Part shown: positions 1-10,052 of the stretch, piece by piece | Numbering within the stretch: position 1 is the first letter of the stretch | Layout: each line of letters begins with the position of its first letter | DNA from: Ramazzottius varieornatus | Lineage: Eukaryota; Animalia; Tardigrada | Length of the DNA: 64,000 nt | Direction of reading: 5' to 3' | Assembly: GCA_001949185.1 (NCBI GenBank) | Contig: BDGG01000001.1 | Span: forward strand, 3,675,324 to 3,739,323 | Notes under the pieces: model-generated | Database searches by the model: none | The model's input: the letters and a program-made list of their open reading frames with translations, nothing else | Told to the model about the DNA's origin: nothing | Translations under genes and position numbers: made by a program

Positions 1-543
1 ATGCTCACATTTGGGCCACGCGCGTGTACAGTATGAAGTGGACTGTTAACTTTAATCTCGTGAAGGATAACTATACAAAAACTTCGCTGAAATGTTAAGA
101 CAGGCACGCAGTGAAGTCTGCAAATAATGCGCGGAAAATGCGGCGTTGCTCAAGTGTGGAGTATCTGGATGGAATATGGACAAAAAAATCATAATCTGAA
201 CAAATGACTATACTACTATGCTTTAGATCGAAAGTTAGCGTTATTAGTCACGTCGACAACCTCCAGTTCGACAGTTTGACATGTATAACGAACCTGGGAC
301 TTATAAAATTCGCATAATGCTCACGATTAAGAATGATTCGTCGATTACAAATCTCCGACGGGCGAAATTAAAAGAAGGACCGGATGCTTCAGTGCGATTA
401 AACTGTGCCTCACGGATTCACAACTTATTACGGTTGTTAATTATGTGCGTATCAAATAGGCTTCTGGTATACATAAAGGGAGGACAAAATATTTTGCAAT
501 ATTCTGTGGCGTGGTTCTGTCAAGGTACATTAGCTGCCTAAAC

Positions 544-1615
544 ATGTGCCGGTTTTTCCTCTTTGTTGTAATTTTTGATAGTGTTTTTCACGGACAATGT
601 TGTACGTACCGGATTGCAGAAATAAATTGCAATAGTGCAGTTGTTCACTCCGGCAAAGTTTATGCAATAGGAGGATACGTGGGGATAGAGCAGGTATGCG
701 ATGGACGAACCAAGCGGGAGTTGTCAGGACCCATACACCATAATCTCGACTCTTACCACATTGTTATTTGGGATCGTCGGTCACTCAAGTCCAGGGTCGT
801 TCTGCCTTTGTCATCCGGAGACGGTCCAACAAGTCAGGTCCCGTATGACCAAGATGCGTTTCCACTTCACGGTATATACGACAAGACTGATATTTTGCAA
901 TGTCCTGGTGGGCTCAACTACAATGTGGACTCTTGTCGAGAGCTTCTACCTTCCCGAAACTTTATGGGAACTGTGGCTCTGTATAAAGGAGCTAAGTTTG
1001 TTCCTGTGGGTGATCGCACTGTACACCGCCCATTTGACGCTGAAGCAGACCTGCAAAACGAAAAGCTCGTCGAGTTTGTTCCTTTTTTTTGTGGACCATA
1101 CGAGAATGCCACTGATGGATTCACCTTCGGCGAGGTAACTAAAATAAACTAAGTTGGATCAGATGCACTAAAGACTCGAAGGATTATTGGTGCCTGCGTT
1201 CATTTCAAGGTAACGTGGAAGATGTACGACTCTTCCATGTCACGCTTTGACAAGGGTTCAGTAACCATGTTTGAGTATGGGGTGCCAACACCAGGCTCTC
1301 CTAACATTGCGTATTCTGCCGAGGCCCCACTGAACGAGTCACGGTCATGGCTGAATAGGCAACCCTTGCCGGAGTCCTGCTACGACATGGCTCTTCCATC
1401 CGTCTCGTCGGCGAAGCGCAACAGTCAAGCCCTGCCTGTTGGTCCTCCCAACAAACGCCGAACCATCCAACAAAAATTGTCGCAGTTTTTCATCCAGACA
1501 ACAGAGTCTTCAACATCAAAAACCGTGGAGGACAAATCCACCCCTCAAAGTCTGCCATCTTCTTCAACAACGGAAGCAACCACCGGTACGGAGACACGCA
1601 CAATGACCGTACAGG
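544..1615 (+). CDS. Two exons (544-1134, 1210-1615): signal-peptide-like start, Cys-containing domain with one Kelch-like motif, Ser/Thr-rich stretch; in frame with the downstream transposase
   Basis: MCRFFLFVVIF start; SAVVHSGKVYAIGG resembles a Kelch blade; phase-0 GT-AG intron 1135-1209 removes the TAA at 1150; N-glycosylation sequons NAT and NES; ends TTESSTSK...SSSTTEATTGTETRTMTVQ at a phase-1 donor (1616). Confidence 0.55.
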
Positions 1616-4600
1616 GTATCTAAAGCATCACACATGTTCTCATTACTCAATATGCGGATTCTTGTTAGGCTTTTCCACCACTTGCAACGATGTTGAAATG
1701 AATACTTTGGAAAACTCGTGCCCGCTGTTGCCCGCGCACTTTCAACCGCAGCTAACTAACAGGAATCCCTCTTGTGACGTTATGGATGAAAGTGACCGTC
1801 CCCCAACCGTGACCACCACAACATCGGCAGCGCCCGAGAGCCCTTCCGAAGCCGACATTGGGGAATGGATAACCGTACCACTAGCTTCGATTCCAGGGTC
1901 CGTTGTTCGGCAAATAATCGAGAGTCCATGGGTACCACCCACAAACTTCACATTTCCCATCACGGGCAATGGGGGCCAGCGGAGAATTTTTCAGAGAGAA
2001 TGGCTAACCAGTAATCCATGGCTAGTCTGATCCAGAAAGAAGAACGGAGTGTTTTGCAAGTACTGTAGCATCGGATTTGGCAGGCAGAGACAGAACAGCA
2101 GCCGTCAGCATATGGTCCACCGGCCACTAGAAGACTTTAAAAACGCACTAATGAAAATTAAAGCTCACAAGGAAGCCTCCTACCATACCGATGCTGTAAT
2201 CCATACTGAAGAGTATTTCAGGTGAGAGCGATGAGTTTTGGAGAAAAATGAATCTGGCTGATAACAGTGGCTTGACCATATGCTTCTCCCTTGCATATAA
2301 TCGGCGCCTTCCCAACAACACGATATGTTACTTACAGACAACTGGACGCCAGGACAGTTCCTGTCGATGTGGCGGTTGCCGCGCAAGGAACGGGAGATGG
2401 GCTCCGACTTAGACAGCGTATCGTAAAAGGCGTAACCAGTATTGTCAAAGCAATTATAACAGCGGCCAGGCTAGGTCTTCCACTGCGCGGTCACGAGGAT
2501 AACCATGCACCTGTACCTGTGGAGGACTTCTACCAGCTTACCGATTTTAGGTTCGGTGTACTTATCGCATTGCTGTACATGATGATGGACGCGGGGGATG
2601 TAGGTCAGTGTTATTGTAGGATAGCTCGTAGTTGGTCGATCCCAGTTACTTATATCGATGAACCGCGTTACTGCAGGTCTACGAGAACACCTCGAACAGA
2701 GTCCTGCAAACTCTTTATACGTCACTGACGGTCCGCAGAATGATCTGTTGAACATTATTCGAATCATGATCCGGGAACAGATCGTGAAGGAAGTCCACGC
2801 CAGTCCATTCTACTCTCTTCTACTAGACACAACTACGGATGGAGGAGGTCTGGACCAGCTTTCTCTGATCCTACAGTACACAATGGAAGATGGGGAGATA
2901 CGCGAAGAGTTCCTCGAGTTCATCGACGCAAGTCTTGCAACAACAGGTGCCACTGCAGTGCAAGCATTCCAAATTTCGGTTAACTTCTTCAGCGCTCTTT
3001 CAACGACGCTTTTGTGTGGTTACAGGCGAAGAGTTGACCAGGGTAATCATGGACCGTTTGAGGGCGTGGGGCTTGGATATCCGGCGGCTTCGTGGCCAGG
3101 GGTATGACGCGGGGTCAAACTTTGCTGGCCACCATATTGGTGTAAACGGTCGTATCTCGCAACTGCAACCTCTTGCGGTGTACGTTCACTGCCGGTCTCA
3201 TTCGCTGAATCTAGCGCTAAAGGAAACAGCCTGGGCACAGTTTGGTCGGCACGTCAAGTTACTAAAGGATTTGGGAAACTTTTTCAGCAGTGCGAAACGT
3301 GGAGCAGTCTTGCGAGAGAAAGCTGAGAAACTAAATCAGAAAAAGAATGCTGTCAGCACTCCATGTACGACCAGATGGTCCGAACTGTCATCCAGCACGG
3401 AGAACTTCCTCCAGCTATATCATGCTATTGTCCAAGCGTTAGGGTCGATCGCCGGTCCGCGCAGCATTTTTCAGGAGGAAGGTACGAGGGAAGACGCGCG
3501 CTTGCTTCTAAACCGCTTGCTTGACTTTGAAGCCGTTCTCACTGCAGCGGTAGGTATTCGATTGAAAACTAACATTTCACGGCGATATGCATGACTCACT
3601 GCATGCGTTTTCTTCAGATTGCGGAAGAGTTCCTCGGTCTCACCAGGACAGCCAGCGACGCACTTCAGACAAGGGACTCATATGATTATGTTATGGCTAT
3701 GCGCCAAATTGGTACAATCCAACAAACATTATCAGCGTGGAACACCACACTCGAACAAGAAGGTATATTTAGGTGAATCCGATTGACAATTAGTCTTTGA
3801 ATATTTGCTTACTGGTCTCGATATCCCAGTAACTATTCCTACTGCATTCAAAAAAGGTTACAGGACTAAGTGCTAAGAAATTATTTAACTGTTTTCTCCC
3901 TTGTTGTAGATTCGGCATACCATAAAGCCTGGACGAAAGCTACTGGGCTACTGCAAAAGTACAACATCCGACCAAGCAACGAGACAGGCAACATCAACGA
4001 CACCTACGATACAATGTGTAACCGTGTCGCTCGTCCGATCTTGACCCACATGATGAACCAACTTGCCGTCAGGTTTAGCAAACGGTCTGACGTTCTCTCC
4101 CAGATGGCTTTCCTCATTCCCAGTTTGCTTCTAAGAAACAAGCAGGATATTACCGGTGCTGCTTCGTTCTCTCCCGTGATCGACATGTACCGCACAGACC
4201 TTTCCAGTCCGGAAGACTTCCCCTCGGAACTCACAAGATGGGTTAATCAGTGGAGGGGTCATATCGGTCACCTACCGCACACCGTTAGCGAGGCCCTGAA
4301 AAACTTCCCGCGTAGATTGTATCCCAACATTCGCGTTCTCTTGGATATTTTTGCAGTGGTACCAGTTACAACAGCAAGCAACGAGCGATCATTTTCTGGT
4401 TTGAAGAGAATCAAAACGAGGCTTCGGACAGTCATGTTACAAGACAGGCTGAACGCACTCGCTTTGATTGCTTTTCACAAGAACCGGGTTATCGATCCAG
4501 CAGAGGTAGTGAGACGATACTTTGACGATCATCCTTATCGTCGGATTTCAGGCAGTCACGTCCGGCCGTGTAAACGTGAGATTTTTGTTGACGACAAACG

Positions 4601-4892
4601 GGCTTTCGGGTTCGACAAGAAAACTATCATCAAAGAAACCATGGATCAGGACCCAGAATGGAAAGAACTGCAGCAACAGTGTGAAAGATTTCTGGATGAG
4701 CTAGACAACGAGCAACAAACGGGCGCTAGCGGTGCTCAGCTTGATAACGCAGAAGATGGGGACGACCCAATAACTGCAGATGAGCTCCCCTTGAAGGTGG
4801 GTGAAGGACCTGTTCCCCAAGCCGACATTCAGGAACTTGCATCGACACTCCCTTTTTTCCCAACTTTGGTGATGCCCAGTTACCTCAGCTAA
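1388..4892 (+). pseudogene. hAT-superfamily transposase (ZMYM1/DUF4371-like), multi-exon, with an in-frame TGA at 2028-2030
   Basis: Phase-compatible exons 1210-1615, 1669-2221, 2338-2603, 2677-2946, 3026-3549, 3619-3762, 3910 onward. Motifs: TTF-type zinc finger FQREWLTSNPWLV*SRKKNGVFCKYC...H...H; GLPLRGH; FYSLLLDTTTD (first Asp); RGQGYDAGSN (second Asp); HCRSHSLNL (CxxH); TRW; VTTASNERSFSGLKRIKT (catalytic Glu, dimerisation domain). Confidence 0.92.
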
Positions 4893-5521
4893 CGCATACA
4901 GCCAGAATCATTGACTTTTGGGGAAATGATCCAGTTCCTGGTCAGCTACGTGACTGGCTGAGAGCTTCAGGGGTTACGGTGCAGGATTCCATACGCACTG
5001 GTCAGTTGGACGGAGCGGCTTGCGGCTTCATAGCCGCGGAGGCTGTAGCTTTGCTACACAAGACCGAACTGCCTTTTGCGGAAGTTTCTGACGATGAGAT
5101 CGCTGGTGTCAATACGTGAAGTGTGGTTATTAACGGGCGAAGCTTTACGGGACTTGGAGCTCGCAGTACCCGCTGGTTGTCTAGCACAGAGGTCATCCGG
5201 CTTGCGGCCAACCGGATGGACATCAATATGTCCTATGCTATTCAAAACTTGGTCAATGTTGGAAGGACTCACCATTTCGTTGATCTCATGTTTCCAATGC
5301 ATTCACTGCTGTTACGAGACACCGGAGGAACTAGTTCATCCAAAGTTCTACGTTTTTATCTCTAGCGTTTCTAAGCTTGTGTTATTCTCTACAGGTACTA
5401 CGTTCCGAACACCGACAGCATTGGCAACGGCTGGCATTGGTACGTGGTTGCAGTCACCTATGGTCCAAACCTTGGCGTTATAAAAGATCCGCGACGCGCC
5501 ATCAAGGAACTTTCGACTAAA
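4859..5521 (+). pseudogene. Cysteine-protease-like domain (Ulp1/adenain-like motifs in permuted order), in the -1 frame relative to the transposase, TGA at 5117-5119
   Basis: Hand translation: ...ARIIDFWG...TGQLDGAACGFIAAEAV...NT*SV...RWLSSTEVIRLA..., then after an unresolved splice/frameshift near 5290-5394, YYVPNTDSIGNGWHWYVVAVT. Confidence 0.6.
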
Positions 5522-5581
5522 AGTGAGAAACTAGCACGACTCATCGTTCTTTGACACATCTGCGTTACTAATTCATTTTAG

Positions 5582-5781
5582 GCGTTGACACCGCTATCAG
5601 CGAGAGTTCCTACTTGGCTGCTGGAGGTGCATCGGCCATTCTTGTTGTCCTTTTCCTGGTTACGGTTGTTCTCATCAAACGACGACGCCACAGTGCACGA
5701 GAAGTTCGCAACGTTGGCCGGAACAACATTCCGATGGAGTCGGAAGAGCCTCTTGGCTTGCTAAACAATAACATCGTTTAA
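5582..5781 (+). CDS. Terminal exon encoding a transmembrane helix and short tail (not in the ORF track)
   Basis: Acceptor cattttag| (phase 1); VDTAISESSYLAAGGASAILVVLFLVTVVLI-KRRRH-SAREVRNVGRNNIPMESEEPLGLLNNNIV*. Phase-compatible donors at 5522 (a|gtgaga) and 1616. Confidence 0.65.
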
Positions 5782-6117
5782 TTAGACTTTTGATGCTTAA
5801 TACTTCTCACGATGGACGCTCTTGTTTAGTTCGATCTGTTGTTGAATTATCTTCATTACTACTACTTTCACGTCCGTAATAACACCAATAAACAACACTA
5901 TTGTGCAGTCCAGTATGAGATAGATGCATTGCAGACGCAGATAAGAGCTTAAGGGGGTACCTTCCAGACCATCGTACGCGAATCTTAGCTTAAACAGTTC
6001 TACGTGATGGCTAAGACTCTGGGTTAAGTGCAAACTACTATAGGGATATGCCGCGAACCACTCCCGAGAGCTAACGAGAATCAAATGCACCATCAATGAA
6101 GAACCAGTGAGTCTGTA

Positions 6118-6329
6118 CACGTACTTTGTCTAATCACGGGCATGGACGCAATTAATGGCAACCTGTTTATGTCGGAAATCAGTGCAATGCTTGACTCCAC
6201 TGAAGTTTAGTCACATAGCTTATGGAGCTGTAAGGTCCTAGGTGAGACCCAAAACAATCAGCCTTCTAGCTTGCTCAAAAACGCGTGGCCCATAATTTTG
6301 TCCCGACCCATAATTAAGTGAAGTACGTG
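6118..6329. mobile_element. MITE with ~45-bp degenerate TIRs starting CACGTAC (probably Tc1/mariner type)
   Basis: Left cacgtactttgtctaatcacgggcatggacgcaatta versus reverse complement of the right end cacgtacttcacttaattatgggtcgggacaaaatta; flanks TA / CA; same TIR family as 9184-9622. Confidence 0.65.
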
Positions 6330-6489
6330 CACAGTGGTCGCGGAAAAGCGGGAAACAAAACCAGCAGTCCGCAACAATAATGCGAAGCGGAAGTCCAATA
6401 GACACCCGCTTCGCAATTCGGTTTGTTGTTGTTTCCAAAAATTACATTTTGAATTTGCATATTTCGGTGCGCCGTCCCTACTGAAGATC

Positions 6490-8340
6490 GCCGGCTTCGA
6501 CTTGTCTTCCCCCGAAACCTCCATCCAAAAGTAAGGACGAATACATAAGTACTTGAAAAGCACCTACCTTACTGGAAAGATGTTCGTTTCTTCGTAGGAA
6601 ACAGCAGCGGCACTATGCCTCCCATCCTTCGACCCAAAGGATACTTTCAGCAAGGTAGGTGCTCTTCAAGTACTTATCTCTGTATCTCTTACCCAGAATA
6701 CTTGCCAGATCTATACACTCTCGTTAGAGATGTATAGATATGTCAAGTATTCTGCTTTCAATGTTTTGCGGTGGTCCCGATGGTCGTCAGTCCCGGCGCC
6801 GATGGATAATTGGCCACATTCAGTACGAGCAGATCTCTTTGCAGCTCGATGGAGTGATCAGCACAATCGCACTGAATGCGGCCGAATATCCATCTCCGCT
6901 GGGCCTGACTATCTATACAGTTATCGAGAAAGTACTCTGGCTGCGGGAAGATACACGGATGGCGGGACTTCAAGAAGTTATGGACGGATTGGCAGCTGCG
7001 CACAGTTCACCGGATAGTTCGTGGCGTGAATGGTGCTGAACTCATCTATAACTTTTGAAAAACCCGCCATCCGTGTATCTTCTCGCAGCCGGAGTACTTT
7101 CTCGGTAACTTCATAGATGCTCAGGCCAATCGGAGATGGATATTCAGTCATATTCAGCATAAATTGTGATGTTCACTCCTTCGGGCTGCCCCGTCAGAAT
7201 TTATGAGGAATTGGCTGACTATCCATCTCCGACGGGACTGAACACCTGTGCGATTGCCAAAAACTTCTTGTAGTTACTTCAAGATACGAAGGTGGCAGAC
7301 GTTGGAATAGCTACGGATCTCGAGTCTGGATGGTTGAGAACTTGTACCAGTTCGGTTTTCCAGACTAGATATCTGTAGTTTTCTCAACGTCTGCCAACTC
7401 CTTATCTTGAGGTAACTCGAATAGTTTCTCGGCAGTCACCTAGATGGACAGTCCCCTCAGTCGACAGTATTTTGCTGCATCCAGTGAGTTTTGCCTTTTA
7501 CAGCATGGATGACCGAGCTGGATGCTGGATGCTGGATGCAGCAAAATATTTTTTGACGACCGATGGGATTGCTGAACGATGCGCGTGCCGAAAATCTGTG
7601 GACTTCTGTCCAACCGTGAGTTTGGCATATATCCCAGTACTCGGGAATCTGACCTGTGTTTTGTGGGTCCTTCATTTCTGAAAGAAAGATCCCGAGTACG
7701 GGGATATATGCTATACTCACGTCTGGATAGAACTCTACAGACTTTCCGGCACGCGCACTGATCAATGGTCCCATCAGTTGTCGGTATTATGCTGCGTGGG
7801 ACCTACCAGGCTAACAACGCCAAAATATATCCTGCCCGGGCCAACTTGCTACCACCTAAGCTTTTCACGTTAAAAAATTCAGAGTGCATCTTTTCCGCGC
7901 ACTCGTTCACGATGTCCAGAAAAATTTTCAAGCTGTTTCGATTAGTACAGAATTCCTGTGCTTACACTAAGAAATAGCTTTGAGATTCTGTCTCATACGA
8001 CCGAAGGTGAGTGAGACATGTCGCTGCTACTGAAATACAGTTTCCAGAATTCTCGGTGCGAGCTACGATCCCCAGTCTGAGGACAGTACACTCCATAGGG
8101 ACATCGAACTAGCTCGGCAAATGAATTGAGACTAGGGAACTCCGCCACTTATCCAGCGAGTAATTTTTGGCGAGATGGCAAACAGTATGTTGAATCAAGG
8201 AAAACTAGGTTGGAAGCTGGACGATGATCGGGTCGAGAACACTTCAATTTTATGTGTGGTAGCAAGTTGGCCTGGGCGGGCTTGTACTTGGGTTCGCTGG
8301 ATGCAGCAAAAGTACCCAAGAAGTTGGATGGGTGTCACAT
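6490..8340. repeat. Array of ~11-12 diverged copies of a ~110-nt unit in alternating orientation (chained palindromes)
   Basis: Inverted pairs read directly: 6547-6580/6644-6676, 6694-6721/6726-6754, 6787-6826/6869-6910, 6871-6990/7041-7160, 7230-7330/7358-7465, 7468-7485/7532-7548, 7561-7650/7688-7775, 7818-7860/8250-8295. Confidence 0.85.
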
Positions 8341-8462
8341 AGCTTTCCCTTACAGATACGCGGCGAAGTACCTTCATTGCATGCGTTAAAGTATGCAATG
8401 AAAGTATTTCGCCGCTTGTTATAATGTCTGACACCGCGACAACTTAAACGATTTGTTTTTAG

Positions 8463-8785
8463 TTGTCGACCTGGTTACCACGACGACGGTCGCAATGACC
8501 ACGAGCGGGTCGTCCACCACTCTGCCGACCAACAGCACACCTATCCCCGAGGTTCCTGCCACCACCCCATCCCAACAGGATCCCGGAGGACTCACGCCAG
8601 GTCAGATTGCCCTGATTGTGATCGGAGCCTTGTTGGTTTTCGGTTTGGGCGGACTCGTTTGGTTGTTCGGTGTCCGTCGTGGCAAGTCTGGGCGGGAGCG
8701 ACGCAAGTCCCACTGCTCGGACGCGTCCGATATGGACATCCTTCGCATGGAGAAGCTCCGAAATGTGGCTAAAAACCACAAGTAA
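8463..8785 (+). CDS. Terminal exon: Thr/Ser/Pro-rich stalk, transmembrane helix and basic cytoplasmic tail; upstream exons not identified
   Basis: Acceptor tttttag| (phase 1); VDLVTTTTVAMTTSGSSTTLPTNSTP...GLTPGQIALIVIGALLVFGLGGLVWLFGV-RRGK... Confidence 0.65.
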
Positions 8786-9183
8786 GGCGTCCAGCGGGCC
8801 AGAGACCCTCCTGCTTTTTCTTTTCCTTCTGCTGTCTCCTTCTTTCTTCTTTCTTTTGTTAGTTTCCAGTCTTACCTATTTTTCTGTCTTATCTCTTAAT
8901 GTTTTATACTTTTCTACGTTTCTATGATCATCTAACTCTTCATTAGGCTCAGTTTACAGTGAAACTGCGTAACCACCACCTGTGACATTCACAAATAGAA
9001 ACCAAGGTACTTTTATATGACGCTCCATATAGAATTAGCCTGATTTCTTCTTTTTGCGTACCATACTCCTTTTTTCGTTTTTTTCAGCCTCGTGAGGCTC
9101 CTTCACAGTTTTCTTCAGCTTCGAGGCTCAAAACCACGGTTTTCCCAGCCTTACCCATCCGCGGGACCTCCACGCGCCCCTGA

Positions 9184-9622
9184 CACGCACGACGAGATAT
9201 TACAGGCCAGTAAAAATTACGGGCCAGGCGGAAAAGACGGCAAAATTTACAATTTGTATGGAAGTCAGAAACAGAAATCGCACAAATGACGTTGCGTAGT
9301 AAAATTCAACCGTAGAAAATTGTCATGGACAGTGGCCATCAGCTGATCAGCTGTTTTACTCTGACGCTTCTATGCTGCTGTCGACTTTCTCCCGGAGGCC
9401 GGAGAAGCCTTGGAATAGTTTGAACTGTTGAAGGTATAATGAAGATCTGACTGCTATAACATTAACATGACAAGCTTTAGCTCCCCAATATCCAGCCCGC
9501 ACGTACAGCAGTGCAGCCTTCGATGTGGTTTTTACCTTAAGCAAGAATCACCTGCCCGTGCCGCCGTAGCGAAAGGGCCTGGTCCGTAATTTTTACCGGC
9601 CCGTAATATCTTGTCGTACGTG
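9184..9622. mobile_element. MITE with ~46-bp TIRs (CACGYAC family)
   Basis: cacgcacgacgagatattacaggccagtaaaaattacgggccaggc versus reverse complement of the right end cacgtacgacaagatattacgggccggtaaaaattacggaccaggc; flanks GA / TA; no internal coding signal. Confidence 0.85.
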
Positions 9623-10052
9623 TACTGACTGAATTAAGTAGAGATTAAGTTGCCACTCTCGTTCACTTTGCAACTGTAGCTACGGCCGTGCTCCGCCCCC
9701 TTCGTGACTTTTAACTACATTTTGCTTTCCGGAGCTCCCCTTATTTTCGAAAAATAGCGTAATCGGAGTTACGGTTGGCTAGCATTGGGAAGCATGGTGG
9801 CTGCCCAACTATTCAAAGTTCTGATCAGCTGCTGCGTTTATGAGTGACGTTGCAACTCATCTTAGCTACAGTGGGACCTTCATCTGGCGGTGGCAGCTTA
9901 ATGTCTGTAGTGTTGCAAATTGAAATCGCGCGGCAGGTACAAATCCAGTCGTGAAAGTGTTTTGAGACTCGTTTCGTCGACCTTCTAATTGTCGTCTTGA
10001 ACATGATCACACGTCTGGCCATCAGATCCGAACTATAGGTACTCTTGCAGGA

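Noticed and set aside
2028-5119. In-frame TGAs (2028, 5117) as selenocysteine or readthrough codons
   Set aside because: Neither is at an expected Cys position, no SECIS was recognised, both are one step from TGG or CGA, and a frameshift co-occurs; decay is simpler.
12-6292. 11-bp inverted match TGGGCCACGCG (12-22) / CGCGTGGCCCA (6282-6292) as TIRs of the hAT element
   Set aside because: No 8-bp target-site duplication, and the right copy is explained as part of the TIR of the MITE at 6118-6329. The true hAT ends were not found.
6330-6362. RSS-like CACAGTG followed by AACAAAACC
   Set aside because: The spacer is 17 nt (not 12 or 23), the nonamer is imperfect, and there is no partner signal or RAG/Transib ORF.
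6490-8340. Repeat array as a CRISPR-like array
   Set aside because: The units are long, diverged and alternate in orientation; there are no identical direct repeats with unique spacers, no cas genes, and the context is eukaryotic.
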